Below are positions 1 to 9,579 of a stretch of DNA of 39,263 nucleotides, piece by piece (within the stretch, counting starts at the first letter, position 1; the number at the start of each line of letters is the position of its first letter). The DNA comes from Candidatus Woesearchaeota archaeon. GTDB taxonomy: Archaea > Nanobdellota > Nanobdellia > Woesearchaeales > JACPBO01. The translations under genes and the position numbers were made by a program. The stretch spans positions 1 through 39,263 of the forward strand of contig JACPBO010000004.1 of assembly GCA_016180285.1 (NCBI GenBank), read 5' to 3'. Under the pieces are notes generated by a model. That model searched no databases. It was not told where the DNA came from and saw only the letters and a list, made by a program, of their open reading frames with translations.

Positions 1-584
1 CGGACATTGGTTAATCTCATCTTCGCCCGTATCCCGCCGTATTCTTTTGCATCGGAGTTATAGATTATTTTCATCAAGATTTTCCGTGCAATTCTTCGCT
101 TGTGAAAGTCTAAAAACCAGCCTTCCCATTTGATGTTAGCGATTTTTGGAGCGCCTAAGACTAAAAAAGTGCCTCCTGCCTTAAAAGACAGCATCAGCTC
201 TTCCCTGATTGCTTTGATTCCCTGAAAACCTTCATAGATTTCTGCCACTCTTTTTGCGGAGACTGAAGCTCTTTCCAACATCAATCTGGGCAAAATCTCT
301 TCAACTTCATTTTTGGTTTCCTGAAGTTCCTGCTCTTTTTTTGAGATATATCCCAAGATCATATGCGGATCATTGGCCACAAAGTACTTTGTCCCTTCTT
401 TTACGATATAACCAACTAATCCTTTCTCTATAAGCTTGTCGAGGATATCATATATCTTGGATTTTGAGACTTTGCTATCTTTGCCGATAGGCCCGATTGT
501 AGATTCTCCCAGCCTATTCAGGGCAAGATACACCTTGGTCTCTCCGTTTGTGAGTCCTAATTTTCCAAGTAAAGCTTCATCCAT
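1..584 (-). CDS. TrmB-family transcriptional regulator (3' end outside window)
   Basis: Manual translation from ATG 584: MDEALLGKLGLTNGETKVYLALNRLGESTIGPIGKDSKVSKSKIYDILDKLIEKGLVGYI...AEIYEGFQGIK, the typical TrmB wHTH plus 'YEG..GIK' linker. GGGTGA RBS upstream. Not in the ORF track because there is no stop in the window. Confidence 0.88.
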   Translation of the reverse strand, partial: MDEALLGKLGLTNGETKVYLALNRLGESTIGPIGKDSKVSKSKIYDILDKLIEKGLVGYIVKEGTKYFVANDPHMILGYISKKEQELQETKNEVEEILPRLMLERASVSAKRVAEIYEGFQGIKAIREELMLSFKAGGTFLVLGAPKIANIKWEGWFLDFHKRRIARKILMKIIYNSDAKEYGGIRAKMRLTNV

Positions 585-606
585 CAGATCACCCTAATCT
601 GATGTT

Positions 607-658
607 ATTTATTAATCTTTCTATAGTAACCCACTAAGGGGGGGACTAGATTTATATA
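607..658. promoter_or_regulatory. Divergent promoters with an imperfect palindrome, probable TrmB operator
   Basis: TTTATATA at 651-658 (+) and an AT-rich TATA-like box at 607-620 (-). Between them lies TAGTAACCC-N7-GGGGGACTA (624-648, 2 mismatches). Confidence 0.45.
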
Positions 659-728
659 GTTAATATGTTACTACCATGTTGAGATAAAAAAGCCAATACC
701 TCTGGGCTTAAAACGAGGTGGAGACAAA

Positions 729-1187
729 ATGAATGACGTGGAAGGAAAATCAAGAGGATATTTGGAAAAAATCCTAAAGAGAAACCCAAATTTGTTTATA
801 GACGACCTAAGACACGTTGAAGAGGGTATATTTGTGATAATTGGAAGAGCACTTGTTGAATATGCTGATGAACTTTACTTAACATCACATACTCCAAAAG
901 AGTGTGCTAAGACTAGCTATAGACTATGGATTGAAAAACCACCCATTTCAAGGTCAGGCCATCCAGACTGGTTACCTGAGTTAGCTGTTGCTGAAATGTG
1001 GAAAATAAGAGAACATAACAGAGATGAACCAATATGGAGAATAAGAAACTATGACACAGATAAACAAATATATTCACAAATAGCAAAAACAGCTTATAGT
1101 AACACGGCAGATCCATATCCATTTCCCGACATAGTTAGAAATGGCGGTTGGTTTTGTTCCGAATCAAGAATATATAAGATAAAATAA
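729..1187 (+). CDS. Hypothetical protein, 152 aa
   Basis: ORF with GAGGTGG RBS and upstream TATA box; no family recognised. Confidence 0.65.
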   Translation: MNDVEGKSRGYLEKILKRNPNLFIDDLRHVEEGIFVIIGRALVEYADELYLTSHTPKECAKTSYRLWIEKPPISRSGHPDWLPELAVAEMWKIREHNRDEPIWRIRNYDTDKQIYSQIAKTAYSNTADPYPFPDIVRNGGWFCSESRIYKIK

Positions 1188-1344
1188 ATTTTTCATTCCA
1201 TTATTTTTTATTTTTCAATAAGAGATTATGATGGCACGCTCATTTACGAAGAGCCAAAAGGGCAATTGGATATATCCAAGGTTCTTTAAATTTTGTCATT
1301 TCCGACACATTTTTATTCAGCTATATGATCATAAAACCAAAACC

Positions 1345-1373
1345 TTTATATACTACTATCAACTATTAGTTGA
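1345..1373 (+). promoter_or_regulatory. TATA box plus perfect palindromic operator
   Basis: TTTATATA 1345-1352, followed by TCAACTA-T-TAGTTGA 1359-1373, just upstream of an HTH gene. Confidence 0.6.
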
Positions 1374-1387
1374 CAACTATCAACAAA

Positions 1388-1987
1388 ATGGAGACAGCAA
1401 AAACAACCAGCAGGATTTTGAAATTAATATTCAGGGATTTTGCTGCAAAGCATACTGTAACCACACTCTCAAAAGAAGCAGGCATGAGCAGATGGGGATT
1501 ATGGAAAGTCCTTAGAAAGCTTGAGTCTGAAAAAATCCTTATTTTATCGCCTGTTGGCTCTGGAAAAACAAGCACCCATACAATCAGCCTAAACTGGGAG
1601 AACCCGATTGCAGAAAAAATGCTGGCCATAATCCTTACAGAAGAAGCATTGAAAAGCCAAAGGTGGGCAAGCAGCTTTTCAGAGTTTGAGGGAAAAGCAA
1701 AATTCAGCATAATCTATGGCGGCATCCTGAATAAGCCAAACGAAGCAAATGACATCGATATATTAAGCGTGATCTCAAATAGGAAAAACTTTATAGAGAT
1801 GGAGAAAATAACAGCAAATTTGCAAAAGACCCAGCTCAAGAAGATCCATTCGCTGAATTTCACAGAAGCGGAATTCAAGAGTGAATTAAAAAAGCCAAAT
1901 AAGGCATTTATTGACGCTGTAAAGAAAGGAGTTGTATTATTTGGGCAGGATAGTTTCATCAGATTTATAAAGGGCTTGGCAAAATGA
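1388..1987 (+). CDS. wHTH + minimal nucleotidyltransferase (MNT/Pol-beta-like) domain protein
   Basis: N-terminal HTH (TVTTLSKEAGMSRWGLWKVLRKLE) and C-terminal IIYGG...NDIDIL...GVVLFG. ATG 1388 preferred over the track's 1370 start. Confidence 0.75.
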   Translation: METAKTTSRILKLIFRDFAAKHTVTTLSKEAGMSRWGLWKVLRKLESEKILILSPVGSGKTSTHTISLNWENPIAEKMLAIILTEEALKSQRWASSFSEFEGKAKFSIIYGGILNKPNEANDIDILSVISNRKNFIEMEKITANLQKTQLKKIHSLNFTEAEFKSELKKPNKAFIDAVKKGVVLFGQDSFIRFIKGLAK

Positions 1988-1993
1988 CTAAAA

Positions 1994-4207
1994 ATGACTG
2001 AACTGATCATAACTGAAAAGCCGGCAGCAGCATTGAAGATAGCTGAAGCTCTTGCCGACGGTAAAGCGATAAAGGAATCTAACCAGGGAGTGCCTTATTA
2101 CAAAGTAACCCATGGCAAAAATGACATCATTGTGGCATGCGCAGTAGGCCACCTCTATGGATTGGCTGAAAAAGAGAAGGGAAAATGGACTTATCCAGTC
2201 TTCGATATCGAATGGAAGCCGACTAATGAAACAAATAAAGGAGCGGCATTCTCAAAAAAATACCTGCAGACAATTAAAAAGCTTTCAAAAGAGGCAAAAA
2301 CATTCACAGTTGCAACTGATTATGATGTTGAAGGCGAGGTCATCGGGCTTAATGTTGTCCGCTTCATCTGCAATCAAAAAGATGCTGCAAGAATGAAATT
2401 CTCCACATTAACAAAGCCTGATTTAATTGAAGCATATGAGACTAAATCAAAAACATTAAACTGGGGCCAGGCAATGGCCGGCGAAACAAGGCACGAATTG
2501 GATTGGTATTGGGGCATCAACACAAGCAGGGCATTGACAGCTGCAATAAAAGCAGGCGGAATGTTCAAGATAATGAGCTCAGGCAGAGTGCAGGGCCCTG
2601 CATTGAAAATAATTGTTGACCGTGAAAAAGAAATAAGAAATTTCAAGCCTGTTCCGTTCTGGCAGATCGAGCTCAAAGGCAATGTGAACAAAGGCGAAAT
2701 AACAGCGTGGCACAAGGAAGACAAGTTCTGGGAAAAGGAAAAGGCAGAAGCTGTAATGCATAAAGTTAAAGCCGAGAAAAAAGGGCTTGTGCAGGAAGTC
2801 AAAAAAACACAGTTCAACCAGAAAGCTCCTGTTCCGTTTGACCTGACAGCGCTGCAGATAGAGGCTTACCGCGTCTTCAGGATACAGCCTAAAGAAACAC
2901 TGGAGATCGCCCAAAACCTATACCTTGCCGGATTGATATCTTATCCGAGAACATCAAGCCAGCAGCTTCCTTTTGTTTTGGATTTCAAAAAGATTTTAAA
3001 AAATTTAAGCTCGAATGAAAGCTATAAAAAATTAACTCAGCTTTTGCTTGCAAAAGAAAAATTAATCCCAAACAATGGGAAAAAAACCGATCCTGCTCAT
3101 CCCGCTGTCCATCCTACAGGAGAATACCCTAAAAAGATTGATGCAAGGGAATATAAAATATATGACTTGATTGTAAAAAGGTTTTTTGCAACATTCGGCG
3201 AAGATGCAGTAAGAGAAACTGTGGCAGTTGACATAAATGTTAAAAATGAGATTTTCATTGCAAAAGGAACAAGGACAATAGCAAAAGGGTGGCATATTTT
3301 ATACGAGCCTTACGTTACGTTAAAAGAAGAAGAGCTTCCTCCGATAAACAAGAGCGATATTGTAAACATAGATAAAATAACAATGTATGACAAAGAAACA
3401 CAGCCGCCTGGCCGCTTCACTCCAGCTTCAATCATAAAAGAACTCGAAAGAAAAAATTTAGGCACGAAAGCTACCAGAGCGCAGATCATTGACACATTGT
3501 CGCAAAGGGGATATATAACAGGAAAAGTAATTGAAGCTACTGATCTGGGAATTAAAACAGTTGAAACTTTGGAAAAGTACTCGCCATTGATCCTTGATGA
3601 AGAGCTGACAAGGCATTTTGAAGAAGAGATGGAAGAAATACGCGATCAGAAGAAAAAGCCAAAGGAAATTCTTGAAGAGGCAAAAGCTGCTTTAATAAAA
3701 ATCCTGAATGAATTCAAGGGGAAGGAAAAAAAGATTGGCGAAGACTTAAAAGACACATATCAGGAGCAATTAAGGCAGGAGAGTGAAATAGGAAAATGCC
3801 CTGTATGCGAAAAAGGGACATTAAAAATGAGAAAAGGCCGCTTTGGAAGGTTCATTGCATGCGACCAATATCCGGAATGCAAGACAACATTCAAGCTTCC
3901 TTCTTCAGGCCTGATCAAGCCATCTGAAAAAATATGCGAGCAATGCAAATATCCAATGATAATGGTTATCAGAAAAGGAAAAAGGCCGCAGGAAGTGTGC
4001 ATCAATAAGGAATGCCCCTCAAAGCAGATAATGGATGCAGCTTTGAAAAAAGAAGCTGAAAAGATTGAATCAGGCAAAATAGAAAAGAAATGCCCTAAAT
4101 GCGGAATAGGCAACCTTGTTCTGAGAAAAAGCGTATATGGTGTTTTTTATGGTTGCTCGCAATATCCGAAGTGCAGATATATAGAGAAAATAGGAACTAA
4201 ATCATAA
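1994..4207 (+). CDS. topA: DNA topoisomerase I (type IA) with C-terminal zinc ribbons
   Basis: TOPRIM (IITEKP, ATDYDVEGE), SSGRVQ, catalytic LISYPRT, AHPAVHPT, GTKATRA, and repeated CPxC...CxxYPxC ribbons. Confidence 0.97.
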   Translation: MTELIITEKPAAALKIAEALADGKAIKESNQGVPYYKVTHGKNDIIVACAVGHLYGLAEKEKGKWTYPVFDIEWKPTNETNKGAAFSKKYLQTIKKLSKEAKTFTVATDYDVEGEVIGLNVVRFICNQKDAARMKFSTLTKPDLIEAYETKSKTLNWGQAMAGETRHELDWYWGINTSRALTAAIKAGGMFKIMSSGRVQGPALKIIVDREKEIRNFKPVPFWQIELKGNVNKGEITAWHKEDKFWEKEKAEAVMHKVKAEKKGLVQEVKKTQFNQKAPVPFDLTALQIEAYRVFRIQPKETLEIAQNLYLAGLISYPRTSSQQLPFVLDFKKILKNLSSNESYKKLTQLLLAKEKLIPNNGKKTDPAHPAVHPTGEYPKKIDAREYKIYDLIVKRFFATFGEDAVRETVAVDINVKNEIFIAKGTRTIAKGWHILYEPYVTLKEEELPPINKSDIVNIDKITMYDKETQPPGRFTPASIIKELERKNLGTKATRAQIIDTLSQRGYITGKVIEATDLGIKTVETLEKYSPLILDEELTRHFEEEMEEIRDQKKKPKEILEEAKAALIKILNEFKGKEKKIGEDLKDTYQEQLRQESEIGKCPVCEKGTLKMRKGRFGRFIACDQYPECKTTFKLPSSGLIKPSEKICEQCKYPMIMVIRKGKRPQEVCINKECPSKQIMDAALKKEAEKIESGKIEKKCPKCGIGNLVLRKSVYGVFYGCSQYPKCRYIEKIGTKS

Positions 4208-4239
4208 ACTATAAAAACCTGAATTTTTTCTCTATTCCT

Positions 4240-6021
4240 ATGAAAAAGCTTTTACTTTTATTGTTGATCCTCTTGACCATTCCTCTGGCTTATGCCAAAA
4301 CAGGCCATACAAAGCTGCTTGCTGTTTCAGAGGCAGACGGCGGCTTCATAGGCAGCACTGCTGACCTATATCTTGAAATAAAAGAAGGAACAGGCAGGGT
4401 TTTTATTGATTCTTACCCATTGACAAAGTTTGACACGCAGTTCTCAACAAGATTTGCAAAAAGCGTTGCATGCGATTTCCTCAACAAGGACTGCAGCAAA
4501 TATGATTTCTTTTATACAATAAGGGCAGATGCCCCAATAATAGGCGGGCCAAGCGCAGGAGCTGCAATGTCTGTTTTGACTGTTGCATTGCTTGATGACC
4601 TTAAGCTCAAGGAAGATGTTGCAATGACAGGAACAATAAACTCAGGCGGGATAATAGGGGCTGTTGGCGGAATCAAGGAAAAAACAGAGGCAGCTGCAAA
4701 TGCGAGCATGAAAAAAGTCCTGATTCCCGAAGGCGAAAGATTTGTCGGTGAGGAAGGAAACAAGACAGATCTCATCAAATATGGAAAAAAGATAGGCGTT
4801 GATGTCATTGAAGTGCTCAGCCTGAATGATGCAATATACGAGTTTACAGGTAAAAAATACAGCGATGGTATTGAAGCAATCAACATAACAGCAGACTATG
4901 AGGGAACGATGATGAACATTTCAATAGACCTGTGCTCAAGGGCAGATTCATTAAAAGCCAGCTTAAATGTTTCCGGGCAGAATGATGTTCTGGAAGCTGC
5001 TGATAACTCAACTGAAAGGGGAAAAGCTGCATTCAGCCAGAAAAAATATTATTCATCTGCTTCTTTCTGTTTCAGCTCAGATATAAAATACAATTACCTC
5101 AGCATAAAAGACATTAACGAGAGCAAATTAAGGGAAAAGATCAGCATCACATCCGCAGAACTAAAGCAGCGCGAGGAAAAGCTGAAAAATGATTATAAAA
5201 CAATAAACGATCTTGAGACATACATCATTGTAAAAGAGCGAATTAATGAAGTGAAAGATTACCTTAACCTAAGCCTGGCAAGCCTTGACGGGCAAAAACT
5301 GGATGACAGCAAATATTATCTGGCATATTCAATCGAAAGGCTTTACACAGTTAACTCCTGGTCTTTCTTTTTCGGAAAAAGCGGCATAAAGCTCAATATT
5401 GACGCGCAGATGCTCAGGGATTCCTGCACTCAGAAAATAGTTGAGGCGCAGGAGCGCTTTGATTACGTTGCCTTGTTCGTTCCCTCTGCTAATTTGGTTC
5501 AGATAAGCAATGAACTGGAAGGCGCAAAGCAGGACCAGAAAAATGAGAACAGCGAGCTTTGCCTGTTCAGGGCATCAAAGGCGAAAGCCCAGGTTGATGT
5601 TGTCATAACATCAATGGGCATAAGCGACCAGAACATAAGCAGCATAATAAACAAAAAGCTAGAGATCGTGAACAGGCAGATATTGAAGGAGACAAATAAG
5701 GGAATCTTCCCCATATTGGGCTACAGCTATTATGAATATGCAAAAGAGCTTAAAGAAGAAGATCCTTATTCTTCCTTGCTATTTTCAGAATACGCACTTG
5801 AATTGAGCAATTTAGATATTTATTTTAAAAAAGAAGAGATCCCGGCCATATTCGAGAAAAGAATAAATATTGACTATAACTTAGCTGTTATTTTTGTTGC
5901 CGGCATTTTAATCGGCTTCATTCTGAGAAGTCTTGTAGTGAAGATAAAACATAAGCGAAAAAGAGCTAAAAAATTGATAGGAAAAAAGGTTGGGCGTATA
6001 AAAGCAACAAGGAAAAAATAA
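4240..6021 (+). CDS. Secreted/membrane-anchored Lon-like (S16) serine protease
   Basis: Signal peptide, GGPSAG catalytic Ser, MTGTI...GAVGGIKEK catalytic Lys, C-terminal TM helix and basic tail. No AAA+ domain. Confidence 0.88.
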   Translation: MKKLLLLLLILLTIPLAYAKTGHTKLLAVSEADGGFIGSTADLYLEIKEGTGRVFIDSYPLTKFDTQFSTRFAKSVACDFLNKDCSKYDFFYTIRADAPIIGGPSAGAAMSVLTVALLDDLKLKEDVAMTGTINSGGIIGAVGGIKEKTEAAANASMKKVLIPEGERFVGEEGNKTDLIKYGKKIGVDVIEVLSLNDAIYEFTGKKYSDGIEAINITADYEGTMMNISIDLCSRADSLKASLNVSGQNDVLEAADNSTERGKAAFSQKKYYSSASFCFSSDIKYNYLSIKDINESKLREKISITSAELKQREEKLKNDYKTINDLETYIIVKERINEVKDYLNLSLASLDGQKLDDSKYYLAYSIERLYTVNSWSFFFGKSGIKLNIDAQMLRDSCTQKIVEAQERFDYVALFVPSANLVQISNELEGAKQDQKNENSELCLFRASKAKAQVDVVITSMGISDQNISSIINKKLEIVNRQILKETNKGIFPILGYSYYEYAKELKEEDPYSSLLFSEYALELSNLDIYFKKEEIPAIFEKRINIDYNLAVIFVAGILIGFILRSLVVKIKHKRKRAKKLIGKKVGRIKATRKK

Positions 6022-6071
6022 GAAGTCTCATTTTTGAATATATTGAATTCATGATGTAATTATTAGGAATT

Positions 6072-6593
6072 TTATTTATTTGATTTTATTTTTCTTAAAA
6101 TAAAGGAAGCAAAATGATCTCCATAGCAGTCTTGTAATTGTTTTAATTTCCAATCATCTCCAGTTATTTTCCCTCTACATATTTTACTTCCACAATCACA
6201 TTTTAAATTAGAAAAAGCACCCATATTTGTAAAACACATTGCATAATCATGGGTTAATTCTTCTCCAAGATTAATATCCCTTAAAGCCATATAGATTATT
6301 TGGCCATCAAAACCAACATTTGGTTCGCATGAATGGTTGATAAAGATTGCATTATCTGCTATTTCTTCTATTGTTCTAGGTCCGAGAAAGAAATCATCTT
6401 GTATCTGTAAACAATATTGTCTGCATTTTTCATCGAGTTCCTTAAATTCTTGTAAATCAAGGATATAACCGTTCTTAATAGCTATAATTTCATCTTTCTT
6501 TATTAACCCTTTAGCAAACAAACCTCTGCCTTGGATCATACTGCTTTCTCTAACTTCTGTTTTTGGAGATCGATAGGATTTCATAGCTGTCAT
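6072..6593 (-). CDS. SET-domain protein-lysine methyltransferase with post-SET motif
   Basis: GRGLFA, FINHSCEPN, GEELTHDY, CDCGSKICRG. Confidence 0.93.
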   Translation of the reverse strand: MTAMKSYRSPKTEVRESSMIQGRGLFAKGLIKKDEIIAIKNGYILDLQEFKELDEKCRQYCLQIQDDFFLGPRTIEEIADNAIFINHSCEPNVGFDGQIIYMALRDINLGEELTHDYAMCFTNMGAFSNLKCDCGSKICRGKITGDDWKLKQLQDCYGDHFASFILRKIKSNK

Positions 6594-6679
6594 ATTCTGA
6601 TTAAGAATAATTAACCTTTTATAAGCCTTATCGGAGTCTTATCATACTAAAAGATTTATATTTTTATAAATCAAATAAT

Positions 6680-6872
6680 CTAAACCTTAGAAGCAAGCCC
6701 CTTTCGAAGCCCGCTTCCAGGAAAAAGAGGTGATCCTAAACCAGGGCAAACACCCTTGCGGACATCTGCCCTGGAAAAAGAGGTGATAGATTGTGAGCTT
6801 GCGAGCAATCCGCCGAAAATCTCTGATTTTCGATGGATCGTAAATCGGTATACCACGCCCCAACTTGACTTA
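6680..6872 (-). ncRNA. Candidate structured ncRNA with two anti-SD-like hairpin units
   Basis: No ORF. Lies downstream of a BRE/TATA promoter. Two 53-nt units ATCACCTCTTTTTCC-hairpin-GGTTTAG; the hairpins pair via G-U and carry GCAA/GAAA loops only on the minus strand. The 5' end is estimated. Confidence 0.7.
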
Positions 6873-6896
6873 TCTACTTTAGAGTAGTGCTACTAG

Positions 6897-6914
6897 TATA
6901 TAAATCTTTCGGTT
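6897..6914 (-). promoter_or_regulatory. Archaeal promoter (BRE + TATA)
   Basis: AACCGAAAGATTTATATA on the minus strand; the identical 18-mer occurs at 34650-34667. Confidence 0.75.
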
Positions 6915-6981
6915 TAAGAGCATTTTAAAGTGGTGACAACGGAAGATTTTTAAAAGAGAAAGAACTTGCCTCCTGCTTATC

Positions 6982-7917
6982 ATGACGAGACGCATTTTAA
7001 AAGGGTTAATATGCGTATTGATCGGCTATAATTGCGCACTGGCCCAGATTCAGGCTGTTGGCGAGACTTTCTTCTCTAGAAAGGAATTTGAGGAATTTGA
7101 AAAAACTGCGAATGATTATGATGCTGCATATTTTGATCAGATTGCGGATTACAATGAAATATGCTGCGCACAAAAACATATTAAAAACAATGTCATTGGC
7201 GAAAAGGGCATGCACAGGGAACTGAAGAAAGAGCGCATTGTGATACTGGCTGATGCGCATTGCTTTACAGCGCAGCATAAAAAGATGATTGATATGATTC
7301 ATAATGTCAAAAGGAAGGGTTTAATTGTTGGGCTGGAGTCGTTTAGCATTGATGAGCAGAGCTACATAGACAATTATTTAGAATCCAAGATAGGCCTTGA
7401 AGAACTTGTTGAAAGCACAAAATACAGACTGAAGGAGCTTGACAAGTACGGCTATACAGACATTTACAGATTCCTGAAAGAAAAAAATATAAGATTTATC
7501 GGCATAGATATGCCAAGCACCATAGAAAGAGAGCTCATAACAGAAAACAGCATAGAGCTGTCAATAAGCCGCTATTTCATGTTTAATTTTTATGACAGGG
7601 ATTCAACAATTGCAAAGGCAGTCAAAGAAGTTTTAGAAAGAGGAAATGACATCTTAATAATTGCAGGAACGCTGCATGCTGAAAGCAACCATCTGCCGTA
7701 TATGATAAAAAAGCTGACTTCGCAGTGCTCTGCGATTGTTTTCCAGCAGCCATATAAGTTAATGCAGTGTAAAAACCCTCTAAAAGAGTATGAAAGGTTC
7801 AATAAGCTTGGCCTTGGCAAGGGCGAGGTGCTTAAAATAAAAGGCGAACATCTTAAATTTTACCTTAATGTAAAGCCTAACATGGAAGAGTGGTCAGGCT
7901 GGGGTGAGGAGCAATAG
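6982..7917 (+). CDS. ChaN/Tiki-superfamily (EreA-like fold) exported protein
   Basis: Signal-like N-terminus; IVILADAH, IVGLE, IGIDMP, RD..IA and IIAGTLH motifs. Confidence 0.7.
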   Translation: MTRRILKGLICVLIGYNCALAQIQAVGETFFSRKEFEEFEKTANDYDAAYFDQIADYNEICCAQKHIKNNVIGEKGMHRELKKERIVILADAHCFTAQHKKMIDMIHNVKRKGLIVGLESFSIDEQSYIDNYLESKIGLEELVESTKYRLKELDKYGYTDIYRFLKEKNIRFIGIDMPSTIERELITENSIELSISRYFMFNFYDRDSTIAKAVKEVLERGNDILIIAGTLHAESNHLPYMIKKLTSQCSAIVFQQPYKLMQCKNPLKEYERFNKLGLGKGEVLKIKGEHLKFYLNVKPNMEEWSGWGEEQ

Positions 7918-7963
7918 CATCAAAAATAATCAAGTATATAAATGAAGCCAGATAACTTTTCTT

Positions 7964-8539
7964 ATGAAATGCATTTCCTGCAAAAAAACAGCCAATGTCA
8001 TTCTGCACCATCTGCAGCCATACTGCTGCCCCTGTTTCTGCAGGATGATCGAAAAAAGAGTAAGAAAGTTTGTAAGAATCAATAAGGTCTTTAAAAAAGG
8101 CGATAATATCTGCATTGTTGATGACGGCTCTCATGATTTTCTGAATGCGCAGTTTTTATTGAAAAGCATAATAAAGGGCCTTCCTGTAAAAATCAGGATT
8201 TTAAGGATCAAAATAAAGAACCGCCAGGATTTTTTAAAAAATAAGGTTTTATTGAAATTATCCAAAAATACAAAAATGATCATTCCGTGGACCATGGAGG
8301 ATGAAGATTCTTTATTCTTAAAAAACATATTTGATTCAAAAGCCCCGATAAAATCAAGCTTTATAAAATTATTAATGATCATTACAGATGACGAAAGTGC
8401 TGCTTTTGCAGAATGCAGGGGTTTTAATGTTTCAAAAAAAGAAGATAAAAATGATGTTAAAATTTTTTTAAATGAAATTGAGAATAAATACCCGGGCAGC
8501 AAGTTTGGATTGCTGAAAAGCAGCCTGGAATTGAAATGA
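7964..8539 (+). CDS. Degenerate TtuA/Ncs6-like PP-loop family protein
   Basis: N-terminal CxxC...CxxCF zinc finger, IEKRVRK...KKGDNI and C-terminal E.KYPGSK. The SGGKDS loop is replaced by DDGSHD. Confidence 0.6.
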   Translation: MKCISCKKTANVILHHLQPYCCPCFCRMIEKRVRKFVRINKVFKKGDNICIVDDGSHDFLNAQFLLKSIIKGLPVKIRILRIKIKNRQDFLKNKVLLKLSKNTKMIIPWTMEDEDSLFLKNIFDSKAPIKSSFIKLLMIITDDESAAFAECRGFNVSKKEDKNDVKIFLNEIENKYPGSKFGLLKSSLELK

Positions 8540-9579
8540 GCATATTTAAGCTCATAGATAAATTATTGAAGAATTTTTTCACTTATATGGTTGTTCTGGC
8601 AATAATCATATCGGTTTCAAAATTTATGAATTATGAAAATAATTCCAATAACAAAATAACAGGCCAGGCAATAATCAGTATCGTTGCTGAAAATAACAAT
8701 TTCACTCCATCAGTTTATTTCTGCAAATATGATGACTGTGCAAAGGAATTCATCAGATTAATAGAAAACTCAAACAAATCAATACATTGCGCGCTTTATG
8801 ATTTTGAATATGAGAATATAACAAACGCCATGACTAAAAAGATCAATGAGGGTGTTGATGTAAAAGTCGTTGTCGATAGCGAGAACTTCAAGAAAGTCAA
8901 AAATCTCAATTTCATAAGGCAGGATGACCGGAATCAGTTAACACACAACAAATTCTGCATTTTCGAAAATAAAATTATCTTCAGCGGCTCATTTAACCCG
9001 ACAATAAAAAACAATGTCAAGAATGACAACAATATGATTGTTTATCAATCAAATTACCTTGCGGAGAATTATGAAGAGGAATTCAATGAAATATGGAATG
9101 GTATTTTTGGAAAAGGCAATAATGTAAAATATGCCATAGTAATTTTAAATAATAAAAAAATCGAGAATTACTTCTGCCCCGAAGACCATTGCAGCTCGCA
9201 CGTTATAAGCACCCTGAATAATGCTAAAAAAAGCATCTATTTCATGCAGTTCAGCTTCACAGACAACAGTATAGGCGATGTTTTAATCAACAACAAAGGC
9301 AGGCTTGATATAAAGGGCATTATGGAGAGAACGCAGAACAACACATATAGTGAATTCCAGAGATTTGAGCAAAACAACATAAGCGTGAAATGGGACAGCA
9401 ACAAATACAATATGCACCACAAGGTTTTTATTATAGACAATGAAACGGTCATTACAGGCAGCTACAACCCCACAAGGAATGCTGATGAATCAAATGATGA
9501 GAATGTTTTGATCATCAACGATGCCGATGTTGCATCAAAATACCTGGAAGAATTTAAAAAGGTTTATGGTGAAGGATGA
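8536..9579 (+). CDS. Phospholipase D-family (Nuc-like) protein with two HKD domains, membrane anchored
   Basis: HNKFCIFE...SGSFN and HHKVFIID...TGSYN; N-terminal TM followed by ITGQA. Confidence 0.9.
   Translation: MSIFKLIDKLLKNFFTYMVVLAIIISVSKFMNYENNSNNKITGQAIISIVAENNNFTPSVYFCKYDDCAKEFIRLIENSNKSIHCALYDFEYENITNAMTKKINEGVDVKVVVDSENFKKVKNLNFIRQDDRNQLTHNKFCIFENKIIFSGSFNPTIKNNVKNDNNMIVYQSNYLAENYEEEFNEIWNGIFGKGNNVKYAIVILNNKKIENYFCPEDHCSSHVISTLNNAKKSIYFMQFSFTDNSIGDVLINNKGRLDIKGIMERTQNNTYSEFQRFEQNNISVKWDSNKYNMHHKVFIIDNETVITGSYNPTRNADESNDENVLIINDADVASKYLEEFKKVYGEG

Noticed and set aside
6720..6787. 3' end of a 16S rRNA gene
   Set aside because: Only the anti-SD-like motif matches; no other conserved 16S sequence, and the motif is duplicated.
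6680..6790. Mini-CRISPR array (GGAAAAAGAGGTGAT repeats)
   Set aside because: Only two copies; the 'spacers' are themselves full GNRA hairpins; no cas genes in the window.
6680..6872. SRP RNA, RNase P RNA or tmRNA
   Set aside because: No SRP helix 8 motif, no GAGGAAAGUCC-type RNase P motif and no tRNA-like 3' end seen; a highly divergent form cannot be excluded without a covariance search.
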